Shown: one piece after another, positions 54,301 through 62,469 of the stretch
Layout: each line of letters opens with the position of its first letter
Numbering within the stretch: the first letter of the stretch is position 1
Source: Eledone cirrhosa
Taxonomy: Eukaryota
Direction: 5' to 3'
DNA: 64,000 bases
Assembly: GCA_964016885.1 (NCBI GenBank)
Contig: OZ024743.1
Location: 240,374,001-240,438,000 of the forward strand
Translations under genes and position numbers: made by a program
The notes under the pieces: model-generated
Seen by the model: the letters and a program-made list of their open reading frames with translations, nothing else
Told to the model about the DNA's origin: nothing
Database searches by the model: none

Positions 54301-57300
54301 GGAACATCCCGCTCTTTAGTGTTAGTGGGCGACTGGAACAGGATCTTAGATGCCCGCTGGGACTGTGTGGGATTAGTGGATAGGGGAGGAGGGTATAAAA
54401 GCCTCACAAACCTGGAAACTAAACGCGTCGTTAACAGCGTGCAAAGCTTACAGAGACTAGATTAGCGAATTAGTTAAGTGAGCGTTGACAGGGACCATCG
54501 TCAACAACAAATGGTGGTTTGCCTGAAAAGAACGATTAGAATAGAGTCCATTAGGTTTAGTAAAGCATTAGTAACAGAGAAAAATAGAGCAGAAGGAAAT
54601 CTAGTTAGCAATTTGGCTCTCGACCAATTTTTCAATTCTAAGCACGAAGGCTGCGTTGTCAGAGCTAGGGTGCGTACTCTCAGACACGAGAAGATGAAAG
54701 CTGTTCAATGGGCCCAGGTGGCGGAGGCGCGTCGTGGCAACAAAACCATGATCCGGTGTTTGGAGAATCACGACGGGTGCATGATACTCAATCTCGGGAA
54801 GACGTGTGCAGATTTTCAGCAGCACTTTGCTCAGCTGTTCGGGGGCAGTGGCAGGCCGCATCGCAGAATGGACTTCAGTGCCTACCTCGATAAACTGCTG
54901 CGGCTCTCGGCCACTGAGGCGGAGTGTTGCGTAAGACCGATAACAGTTGCTGAAGTACGGGAAGCAATGACTAACTGCACAATGGGTAAATCGCCTGGTT
55001 TGGATGGTCTGCCATACAAATTTTACATACATATACCAGACTTGTTTGAAGACCTCTTGACGGATGTCTACTGCAACAGGCAGCAGAATGGGATAATTCC
55101 CAGCTCTGTGATCCGAGGAGCAGTGGCACTGCTAAGAAAGAATCAGAACAAGGGGGATAACATTTCAGGCCCATAACTCTACTAAACACAGACTTCAAGA
55201 TTTTGGCTAAGGTGCTAGCAAAGAGGTTGGCGCTTGTCGTTGGTGGTCTGGTGGAAGAGGCGGAAACATGCACCCTTCCAAACAGATCCATCCACGACAA
55301 CCTCCACCTCATACGATACATCGTAGAGAGGGTAGCTAGCGAACCTGGCACGGGTGGGTCTTTAATCAATTTAGATCGGTCAAAAGCTTTCGATAGGGTC
55401 TACCATTGTTATCTGGCGGCAGTCCTAAGAGCAGCTGGCTTTGAGCCTGTCTTCAGGGGCTGGATTGCTGCCATGCACAGCAACATCTGCTCTGTGGTGA
55501 GAGGGAATGGTCACCTTTTGGAACCGTTCAACATCATGCACTCGATCCGCCAAGGATGTCCCCTCTCGTCCCTCTTGTACGTATTGACTCTCGAGCCATT
55601 ACTGCACAAACTGGAGACGTTGAGGGGGATCCCGCGCGAACTAGGATGCGGAAGAACTGTATCAGCATATGCAGATGACATCACCGTAGTGGTGTCAAAC
55701 GCCAAACACACTGAGGCGATCGGCACCACACTAAGAAGATACGAGGTAGTGACAGGAGCAATGATCAACCAGGAAAAATAAGTAGGCCTGCACCTGGAGA
55801 GGCCGGTCCATGCCATCCAACAGCGTCGTCGGGCACTGGATGGACGGACCGGTTAAATTGCTAGGGGTCTGATTCGGTCCGAACCTCCAAACGCACAAAA
55901 ACTGGGAGGAGGTCACGAGCAAAGTGGCTTCTCTCACCCAGAAATGGGCTGAGAGGAAGCTATCCCTGAAAGGTCGAGCGGAGGTGGTAAATGCATACAT
56001 CGCGTCCGTCATCTGCCACAGCCCGACTGTCGAGCCTTGTCCTAAGCCTCGCCTAACTGCACTGGAGCGTTTGCTCTTTCGCATTTTGTGGAAGGGACGT
56101 GCTCCGATGGTGAGGCGGTCCATCTGCTGTCAACTCCCGCTACGCGGAGGGCTGGGCATGCCGTGGCTGATGATGTGCTCAGGCTACGGCATCTCCACCT
56201 CTTCCTCGATGGTGATCAGGTGTGGTCGCCCTTTGCTAGACACATGTTTCCCCAGCTTGTCTTCTTGGTGGAGCTGCAGTCCTGGGTCAAGCGAAGATCG
56301 AGAGGAAGCGTTTGGAGACTGGAATGTCTTCATGTGCTTACAGACCTCGACTAGTGGAGCAATACAATCGCTGGAAACTCCACCTTGGCGTTCTATAGAG
56401 GGTTAGTGGAGGGAAAGAGCAATGATATCCTTGGGGAGACTCTAGGCATCGATGAAAACCAACTAGCCAATCTCTTCGGGAGAACTTCCGGGCCGGGGCC
56501 TATGGACAACTTCCAGAGATCTCTGGTCTGGCAGTGCTACCGAGAAGCCTTGCCAGTTCGGGATAAACTCTACAGGCATGGAAGTGCCGTCAGCCGGGCA
56601 TGTCCAAGATGCGCGCAGGGCGACGAAACCGTCCTGCATGCACTCATCCAGTGTCCGAGCATTGCTGACTTGTGGGTTTATGCCGAACACCTGCTGTCAC
56701 GTGTAGAACAGATCCGGCTATCAGCTGAAATCCATCGTGAAGATTGCCCTGCCGTCTTCCTTTAGCCGAGAAGGGCAAGCAGTTTTTATCTGCCGGTGGC
56801 CATGGTAAAAGAGACTGTATGGTGGACACGTCTGAAAGGGTTGAAGATGGGTACTTTACTCTTCAGTTATGCCCTCATTAACTTATTCAGGTTTCACCTG
56901 AAAAGGAAAATCAGGGTAGAGAGTGAAGTGCTGACTTCCAGCCAGTTTGTTGAAAGGTGGGTGAGAGAGGCAAGAATGGCCTGTGTGAATGGGTCTACCC
57001 TGAGCGTGTGCCTGTAGCATTGTAGGAGGAAAACTGGAAGAGGGCATTTGCCCTAGCGGTCAGGGTAACATGGCTTTTCTTATGGGCTTTCTCCACGAGC
57101 AACCCCCGGAGGTTTCCCCCCTATTGGGGAATTTTTCATTGCTTCACTTTTTGTCACATACTCTATTTTTGTTTTTTTTTACACGCAGAAATGCCCATTT
57201 GTATTGTCCTGTGTTGTCCTTAATGTTATACTTTGTGTCAACCTATGTGGTTAATAAAGACAGCATTATTATTATTATTATTATTATCATAATTATTATT

Positions 57301-60300
57301 ATATTAAAGGGCAGTGGATTGGCTGTATTGATAGAGGGTTGGACGCCATGCTTTGACACATAGAGTTACGGCCCTTGCCATTCTGAGTTCAAATCCCGCC
57401 GAGGTTAACTTTGCCTTTCATCCTCGCGGAGTCGATAAAATAAAGTACCAGTAATACACTGGGTAATTGTTGGCCTTGTGCCAAAAGTAGAAACAACTAT
57501 TATTATTATTGTTGTTGTTGTTCCTTACAAGGTTGATAAAATAAAGCATCAGTAATGCGCTGGGGTCAATTTAATCAACTTACGCCTCCCCCACAATTGT
57601 TGGCCTTGTGCTTAAATCAGAAACTATTATTATTATTATTGTTGTTGTCTCACAAAGATTTACATATGAAATTATTGCAAAATAGCTAATGCAGAATTGT
57701 GTAAGAGGAGAGAAGGTAGTAAAATGATTCTTCTAAGTAATACAATGAAAGTATAAATTTTAAAAATAAAGATACATATATAAATAAAATAAAGAATAAT
57801 AATTTGTTTATTTGTTAAATATGAAGATAAGTTGCTTTTGAGGGTGATACAGAAATAGGGTAAAATATTGTAGAATTAATAAAAAGGTAGGAAGGGATAT
57901 CACCATAAGTGAAATTTGCTATAAAGTTAATTACACATACAATTATGAAGTTTTATTTTTTGCAGGAAAAAATGCAATAGCCACCAAATAATGAGGATAA
58001 ATAGCATTTACATTACTCTATAGTTACTATTGTATTTTCACAGTAAAGCCTTTATCTTACATAATTATCTCACATAATATCGAATCTATGAGATTTTGAT
58101 ATTATTTTGAGAATAATACCTTAATGTGGGTATGAGTGGCCAGTTACAGCCAGTTTGAACAGAAAGGGGTGATAAAATTCTGGCCAGTTTAAATGCTAAA
58201 GGGTTAAAGATAGGATATAAAAAATATTTAAAAATTCCCAAAATGCCTTATGCCCCACTCACTCCTACAGAAATTTCTTGTGATCTTCAGTGGTGGGGAA
58301 ACTCCTTTGGAGAGCACCATCTTGAGGTCAGTGGATGATACCCACTTTGAGAAGGCTTGCCATACTGTATAACCATTCAACCCATGTTGGCTTGCAAAAA
58401 GTTAAAATGAAGAAGATTATCATATAATCCCATACTCCTGCAGAACTTTCCATAACAGATCAATTGAATGTGGTCATATGCCTTTTCAATATCTTTGAAA
58501 CAAGCATCTACCTCTTGGCAATATTCCCATGATTTCTCAAAGATTTGCCACAGTGTGAATATTTGGTCAACTGGGCTACTTCCAGGGCAAAAACAGCACT
58601 GTTCATTAGTTAACTTGTACTCAACAATAATAATAATAACAATAATAATAATAATGAAATTATCGTGTACAGTGCTCAGGTGCACTACAACTGATCAAAG
58701 GTGCATGTATAGTACATAGAATAATGTACAAATGTCAGGAAAATGAACAGTGTATGAATCATGAAATACATGTGTGTGTGTTTATGGAGGGCAACATCAG
58801 GTGCAGTGTTGGCGAATTTCAGAAATAACCCTACATCTCTTCATCAGACACTTAGCATAGTCTTTATTGGGAAGGTTTAACAAGATCCTTCTAAAATTGA
58901 AGCGATCTCTCATCTCCCTTTTCTTGAAAAGTGGGATTAACAGTCCCGATTGCCATTGCTTAGTTGTCTTTTCAGACATCCAAGCTACCCAGCACACACG
59001 AATCAGCCAGAGAATACCTTCTCTATTTAAGGCTTATAACATCTCAGGTCAAATTTCAAAATGAAGAAGAAAAAGATGATGATGATAACAACAACAACAA
59101 CAACTCTTCTACCCCAACTCAAAATAACACCATTATCTCAAGCCAACATGGGAATAAGATGCTTCCACATAGTCTCTCAACCTGAAAAAATTAGTAGCTC
59201 AAACACTCTTCAACAACAACCTATTGTTATAACTCCTAATGTTCTGTACCATATGAACCCCCTTAACAAGACCTTCTTGAAAATTACAAAACAGTTCTAA
59301 GTCTACATCATATTAAATATCAAAGTCTTTACTCTGATACTATAAATTTCTACACTAAGTAAATACACTATATACATTTGAATTAACAAATCACATAAAA
59401 CCACATTAGCGAAACGTACTAAACAGCACTATGACTACATCACATTAAATATTAAAGTCTTTAGTCTAATATTGCAAAGTTTCACAACAATTTGACCACT
59501 AGTAAAAATACCATGTATACGTATGTACATTATATTATAGAAATGACTTCTACAGGACTAGAACTGTTGCATTTAAATGAAACAGTTCTAGTCTTGTAGA
59601 AGTCATTTCTATAATAAAATAAATATACATATACTCTACCAACATATTATATATATAAAGAAATAAGAACACAAACACAGGGATGCAAAAGTATATATAT
59701 ATATACTTTTGGAGGCACATGGCTTAGTGGTTAGAGCATTGGCCTTGCAATCGAAAGATTGTGAGTTCAATTCTCAGACCGGGTGATGTGTTGTTTCCTT
59801 GAGCAAGACACTTTATTTCACATTGCTCCAGTTTACTCAGCTGTAGAAATGAGATGATAAGGACTGGGGGTCCCTATCATTCCACTGCAAAGTGGTCGTG
59901 GAGGTGCCACAGCAAAAAAGCACCCAGCACTCACTGTAAATGAGGTTGGTGTTAGGAAGGGCATCCAGCTGTAGAAATCAAGCCAGCATCAGTTCCCGTC
60001 CCACCCTTGAAAGCAGGGAAAAAGCGGACGTAAAATGAAATGAATGAATGAAATGAATATATATATATAAAATTTGAAGTTTGAAAGTCATAACAATGCA
60101 TGGACTAATGCGTTTCGATGTACCTAGACTAGTCCTTCACTATTTTCCTCTGAAGAAGAGGTTTTATCTCAAAATATCAGGACAGACAAATAAAAAGGGT
60201 ACACATAACATCTTACTTCATCTTATTTTCTTGTTCGTCCATTTCGCATTGTTGTGGCTTTCAAACTTCAAATTTTATATACCATACATATTGCTTCAAG

Positions 60301-60338
60301 CAAACTACAACTTACTTCCTCCAATATATATGATGATG

Positions 60339-60369
<31 letters not shown>

Positions 60370-60734
60370 CACACATATACATCAACACAAAACAACCTTC
60401 CCACTAGAACCACTGCCACCATGATGGCAGTGTCCATCACAGCTAACAGAACATAAAATATCAGTTTAAACCACAAGAATCATTCATAGAAAAACGATGC
60501 TATATGGAATGCAATTCCATGATGTATTGTTTTCCAACCATGTTCAAATGTTAGCTAGAACTATAACTATTCCGGGTAGTCTGACTTCACATAGGTAGGA
60601 AGAATAAAATCTCTCTCTCTCACACAGCTAAATAGATATAGAGAGACAGCAACAACAACAACAAAAAATATAGACAGATTGCTACACAAACAGATATATA
60701 TATAATCATAGATAGAGAAATAAATGTGTGCATA

Positions 60735-60765
<31 letters not shown>

Positions 60766-60905
60766 GCACCTATAAATCTACATGCGTATGTATGTTTATG
60801 TGTGTGCATGTATATATATCCATATATATATATATATATATATGCACCTATAAATCTACATGCATATGTATGTTTATGTGTGTGCATGTATATATATATA
60901 TATCC

Positions 60906-60960
<55 letters not shown>

Positions 60961-60973
60961 CATGCACACACAC

Positions 60974-61005
<32 letters not shown>

Positions 61006-62216
61006 CTGTTATTTGAATGTCTTCAATTATTTTGGTACACAGGTTGTATATGTATAAACATGTTGAAACAATGTTAGACAATCACAAAGGAAATGTTTTA
61101 ACCAAAGCTGTCTTCCAGAACATTCCAGCTTTTTTTATATTTTATTAAAAAAAAAAAAGAATACGAAATAACATTGACACTAAAGTTAGTATAGTAACTT
61201 AAAATAGCATCAAATACAGAGCAAAATAGAATTTGGAAACAAGCTAATAAATTTTGAAATAACAAAATAAATATTTAACCCTTTTGATATGAAACCACCT
61301 GAAACAAATCCTCATTGCATGATACAAAACTGAATAGTGTATATATTTATCTAAAAATCTTCCATCATAATTCTATGTATGGATGTGTAATGTTAGTAAG
61401 CCTGAAAGGTGAAACATCAATGAACTGTGAGAAAAGCTGAACATAAGAAGAGAGAAGGCTGTGCTGGTATGGACATGTTTTCTGTATGAAGAATAACAGC
61501 TACATAAAACAGTGCAGAATACTGAAAGTTGATGGTAACTGTGAAAGAGGTAAACCCAGGAAAACTTGGGATGAATGTGGTAACGGCTGACCTAATGAAG
61601 TTGAACTCAGAAAATAGATGACACATGATCAAGTTGATTGGAAATATGCCATACTACAGAAGACTCACTTTCTCACAGAAGTATGATGAGACATAAGCAG
61701 AGAGATGTAAACACTTTTTTAGGCCTCCAAGCTCCTTCACTCACTATCTATCCCCACCTTGTCTTCCTTCTAATTCACATCTCTTAGTCCTCCTTCCCAA
61801 CTCAACCCATGCCAACATGGAAAGATGGACAAACTTTCACAGGATACTATTAGATGTTACTCATTCACACTCTCACTTCAAGACTACTACAGCTACTGTT
61901 GCTCACTCTCTCCATCACTTCATGACTACATCCATGACCCAACATTTACTCCCCCTCCACGTGCAATGAAATGAAATGAAATGAAAATATGAAAAACAAT
62001 TAAAAGAAAAGAGAGGTTTATAAGTCTACTTACCTATAACTATAGAATGGGAATGGCCAGCGTCACCTGAATGAACTTCCACACTCGTCCGGTATTCTCC
62101 TTCCAAAGTACCATATTTCTGGCTTGATATTATTAGTTGAGAACCTAATTGATTATACCATGCTCCTTGTAATGTGGCACAGTTTTCTATTTGCTTACCA
62201 TACGCTGAGCATCTAC
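2884..62216 (-). CDS. Partial multi-exon gene encoding a tandem two-domain avidin/streptavidin-family protein (7 exons in window; start and stop exons not found in window)
   Basis: Spliced translation: xRCSAYGKQIENCATLQGAWYNQLGSQLIISSQKYGTLEGEYRTSVEVHSGDAGHSHSIVIGTAPKSPGASFGFSVVWNHGRSTTIWTGQCVVCLGGHEKLLTTWLLHSQTSSCDEKWKANRIGRDIFTRYEQKPGPRKEKNTHVPERPLNNLVLIAESRAPLLHEKTDTRWKKHDSNGLYMNLAKAKPHVLSSGQERQQQHRPAAAMKPATPPCKLDGTWYNELGSEVILTLDDSGTIKGEYRTAVERNRGAAGHTHSLVHGISNFHEPNSTFGFHVVWRNGESVTGFVGQCHSTCALEQMDTLEMRWILWQSIDKCQNHWKSSLYGVNTFTRFEQAA(G). Avidin motifs GxWYNxLGS, GxYxTxV, FGFxVxW, GQC, WxL, WK and GxN/DxFTR each occur twice; all junctions are GT-AG and in phase. Confidence 0.92.
3133..3265. 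repeat. ~42-bp tandem repeat, about 3 copies
   Basis: Unit tatgtggattagatagcctattaaatgttgaaatatgcttat. Confidence 0.8.
3311..4076. mobile_element. Non-autonomous Tc1/mariner/pogo-type MITE
   Basis: TA-flanked TIRs ctgtatatactcatatataagcc ... gacttaaattcgagtatatacag. Confidence 0.65.
4740..5447. repeat. 24-bp minisatellite (~29 units) carrying 5' splice-site consensus on the gene strand
   Basis: Unit tgattatcttacctgcatttagta = minus TACTAAATGCAG|GTAAGATAATCA; begins at the exon F donor. Confidence 0.92.
5448..5597 (-). CDS. Avidin-like gene exon F (150 nt): middle of domain 2
   Basis: Acceptor tcttgtattttag, donor GTAG|GTGAGT, phase 1/1; encodes GEYRTAVERNRGAAGHTHSLVHGISNFHEPNSTFGFHVVWRNGESVTGFV. 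Confidence 0.92.
6420..6526. repeat. ~29-bp tandem repeat, about 4 copies
   Basis: Unit atgacataccaacccccaaattaaatat. Confidence 0.75.
6660..7900 (+). mobile_element. Degraded Penelope-like retroelement (RT thumb plus GIY-YIG)
   Basis: Fragments CPLNQQC...IYEAKV...TYVGMS...F..NHKTSF; many frameshifts. Confidence 0.65.
8230..10030 (-). mobile_element. RTE-type LINE 3' fragment (degraded RT)
   Basis: GVYQGSALNPLLF, GKWPC...WMHKRC and KGRLYDACV fragments; same family as 62470-64000. Confidence 0.8.
11175..12910 (+). mobile_element. CR1/L2-like LINE, 5'-truncated with internal deletion
   Basis: QFGF, VVYLDFAKAF, RPHLEFASPVWNPY, TRGH and FFTLRV motifs; (ATT)n tail. Confidence 0.9.
13428..13680 (+). 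mobile_element. tRNA-derived SINE with central cttgagcaaaacact domain
   Basis: A/B boxes (ctagtgataagg, gggttcaattcc); related copy at 49950-50232 on minus. Confidence 0.65.
13975..14830 (-). mobile_element. Cluster of about 5 head-to-tail SINE copies just downstream of exon E
   Basis: Repeated ggatgaaaggcaaagttaacctc...atttgaactc units separated by (AAT)n. Confidence 0.85.
14902..14997 (-). CDS. Avidin-like gene exon E (96 nt): start of avidin domain 2
   Basis: Acceptor tgttgtgtttcag, donor AAAG|GTAAAC, phase 1/1; encodes KPATPPCKLDGTWYNELGSEVILTLDDSGTIK. Confidence 0.92.
15967..16159. repeat. ~70-bp tandem repeat (3 copies) duplicating the exon D donor
   Basis: Unit contains cacatttgtcaaccacactgaacaggggccacttact (minus: A|GTAAGTGGCCCC). 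Confidence 0.8.
16160..16334 (-). CDS. Avidin-like gene exon D (175 nt): interdomain linker
   Basis: Acceptor tttctctatgcag, donor ATGA|GTAAGT, phase 0/1. Supplies exactly the phase change needed between exons C and E; open frame NNLVLIAESRAPLLHEKTDTRWKKH...HRPAAAM. No homology motif to confirm it. Confidence 0.75.
18389..18468. mobile_element. Short Tc1/mariner MITE
   Basis: TIRs cagggtgtctcc ... taggacaccctg in TA context; same TIR as 31681-32243. Confidence 0.65.
18846..19030 (-). CDS. Avidin-like gene exon C (185 nt): C-terminal part of domain 1 and start of linker
   Basis: Acceptor ttttgtctgtttcag, donor TTA|GTATGT, phase 1/0; encodes GQCVVCLGGHEKLLTTWLLHSQTSSCDEKWKANRIGRDIFTRYEQKPGPRKEKNTHVPERPL. 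Confidence 0.9.
19182..19302. repeat. Near-perfect fold-back, ~57-bp arms, probably Penelope pLTR-derived
   Basis: atcatgtttaatatagaaatggcttctacaggactag... and its reverse complement; relatives at 34768-34878 and 59535-59613. Confidence 0.8.
19785..19970 (-). mobile_element. Young SINE copy abutting CR1 tail
   Basis: Reverse complement of the 2385-2570 family. Confidence 0.85.
19975..23010 (-). mobile_element. CR1/L2-like LINE with nearly complete ORF2 (APE endonuclease plus RT)
   Basis: ORF 21813-22823 has LNARSL, VTETW, VYRPP, GDFN and SDH; ORF 20086-21963 has YRPVSLTS, GVPQGSVLGP and YADD; (ATT)n tail. Confidence 0.95.
23482..23935 (+). mobile_element. CR1/L2-like 3' fragment
   Basis: LATDLVNTHK...TRGH...AWNKLP plus the same 3' UTR and ATT tail. 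Confidence 0.88.
24120..24603. mobile_element. RTE-like LINE fragment with internal inversion, flanked by (TA)n
   Basis: Minus NQNGFREGRST piece joined at ~24374 to plus LRLAGHAHRHPE...GRGRP...DRDRWR piece. Confidence 0.7.
24820..25980 (-). mobile_element. RTE-type LINE fragment
   Basis: QFGF, FVDLEKAFDRVP, LLYADD and Cys-rich GKWPC motifs. Confidence 0.88.
26432..26770 (+). mobile_element. tRNA-derived SINE with RTE-derived 3' tail
   Basis: tggcttagtagttaaagc...gagttcaattctc...ccttgagcaagacact, then the RTE 3' UTR (ttggtgttaggaagggcatccagctgtagaaa); near-identical to 59711-60057. Confidence 0.85.
28167..28679 (-). mobile_element. Non-autonomous Helitron
   Basis: Minus strand starts A|TCTATAT.. 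and ends with hairpin ACCCAG-GCAAAG-CTGGGT followed by CTAG|T; no TSD. Confidence 0.65.
29808..30379. mobile_element. hAT (Charlie-like) MITE
   Basis: TIRs cagatgtccccaa ... ttggggatccctg; degenerate 8-bp TSD ctctaatg/ctttagtg; subterminal gggccaca/gcggccc. Confidence 0.75.
31681..32243. mobile_element. Tc1/mariner MITE carrying two nested SINE copies (31826-32168, minus)
   Basis: TIRs ccgggtgtctccaaaaatgt ... acattttttgggacaccctg; the truncated SINE is flanked by catgatttaaataatt repeats. Confidence 0.75.
32381..32489. repeat. Perfect ~45-bp-arm hairpin ~130 nt downstream of exon B
   Basis: atatcataaaacatgtctatagaatcaccagataaaatatatacc / ggtatatattttatctggtgattctatagacatgttttatgatat. Confidence 0.88.
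32622..32702 (-). CDS. Avidin-like gene exon B (81 nt): middle of domain 1
   Basis: Acceptor gtatttccattacag, donor ACAG|GTAAGA, phase 1/1; encodes GTAPKSPGASFGFSVVWNHGRSTTIWT (cf. avidin FGFTVNW...STTVFT). Confidence 0.92.
33970..34065 (+). ncRNA. Type I hammerhead ribozyme (Penelope/retrozyme-like)
   Basis: Stem I accagt/acaggt; core CTGAGGA; stem II GTAGA..TCTGC extended by ATTGA/TCAAT; GAAA; palindromic stem III ACGCGCGT; cleavage triplet GTA; AATAAA follows. Confidence 0.75.
34255..34575. repeat. Compound minisatellite: gaagtggaactaactgttgtg plus variable (TA)n, 8 copies
   Basis: Direct inspection. Confidence 0.9.
37997..38745. repeat. Degenerate (CAC/CAA)n low-complexity tract
   Basis: Produces spurious poly-His/Thr/Val ORFs. 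Confidence 0.85.
40880..41750 (-). mobile_element. CR1/L2-like 3' fragment
   Basis: WQLKLAVDKC...TRGH...AWNKLP; same family as 19975-23010. Confidence 0.9.
41873..42093. mobile_element. piggyBac-like MITE
   Basis: ttaa-ccctttagcattta ... taaatgctaaaggg-tt; related inverted copy ~58020-58207. Confidence 0.6.
43628..45634 (+). pseudogene. hAT transposase pseudogene
   Basis: BED-like CVCLIC...KRHYETRH, SIAIDETTD, HCIIHQE, LAFLVDIT and FGSTYACEQLFS; disrupted by a SINE and frameshifts. Confidence 0.92.
44476..44659 (+). mobile_element. Young SINE inserted in the transposase CxxH motif
   Basis: 16-bp TSD attattcatcaagaag. Confidence 0.9.
47340..47790. repeat. 42-bp tandem array (~11 units) derived from the RTE 3' UTR
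   Basis: Unit accactttacagtgtggactgggtgctttttgtcgtgacacctac; similar units at 18600-18740, 39270-39490 and 62630-62730. Confidence 0.85.
49180..49600. repeat. (GTT/GTG/GTA)n low-complexity tract
   Basis: Gives the spurious poly-Val ORF 49081-49728. Confidence 0.85.
51240..51420 (+). mobile_element. Small remnant of an RLE-type (R4/Dong-like) LINE C-terminus
   Basis: IPIIGAAGYIP-like and ISGTLKICKTF fragments. Confidence 0.4.
51826..52009 (+). mobile_element. Young SINE with TSD
   Basis: TSD attaattagataaataaag. Confidence 0.9.
52080..52378. repeat. ~52-bp tandem repeat, about 6 copies
   Basis: Unit ggtagactcaattcatcacccagtttaaccttaccacctggcccttgagt. Confidence 0.8.
52905..57290 (+). mobile_element. 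Tx1/L1-clade LINE (partial ORF1 plus degraded ORF2)
   Basis: ORF1 zinc knuckle CHGCGDKTHLKAFC; APE SINTHGL/SISETR; RT KSPGLDGL, RQGCPLS, YADD; C-terminal CPRC...HALIQC; AATAAA plus (ATT)n tail. Confidence 0.92.
57312..57500 (+). mobile_element. Young SINE copy after the Tx1 tail
   Basis: Same family as 2385-2570. Confidence 0.85.
58440..59060 (-). mobile_element. Old RTE-like RT fragment interrupted by a CR1 3' end (58625-58823)
   Basis: DQIFTL..IFEKSWEY...DIEKAYD and WQSGLLIPLFKK pieces on either side of the CR1 tail. Confidence 0.65.
59711..60057 (+). mobile_element. tRNA-derived SINE with RTE tail
   Basis: Near-identical to 26432-26770. Confidence 0.85.
61360..61670 (+). mobile_element. 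Degraded RTE C-terminal fragment
   Basis: RRLCWYGHV...RGKPRKTWDE. Confidence 0.7.
62034..62216 (-). CDS. Avidin-like gene exon A (183 nt): probable end of signal peptide plus N-terminal half of avidin domain 1
   Basis: Acceptor tttcttccttgattccag, donor ATAG|GTAAGT, phase 1/1; encodes RCSAYGKQIENCATLQGAWYNQLGS...GEYRTSVEVHSGDAGHSHSIVIG. Confidence 0.92.
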
Positions 62217-62279
62217 CTGGAATCAAGGAAGAAACACATAGAGAAGATCATGGACAAATATATGCATATATATATATGG

Positions 62280-62332
<53 letters not shown>

Positions 62333-62469
62333 CACACACATATACATAATCATCATCATTCAACATTTATCTTCCACGCTACCATGGGTCAGACAGGAAT
62401 TGTCCTACTTGAGGCAAGATTGATCAGGTGACTGTGTCTCGCTCATATAGGATTGTGTGGATATATATA

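Noticed and set aside
59711-59790. tRNA gene
   Set aside because: A/B boxes belong to a SINE head; no complete cloverleaf, and it continues into SINE body and LINE tail.
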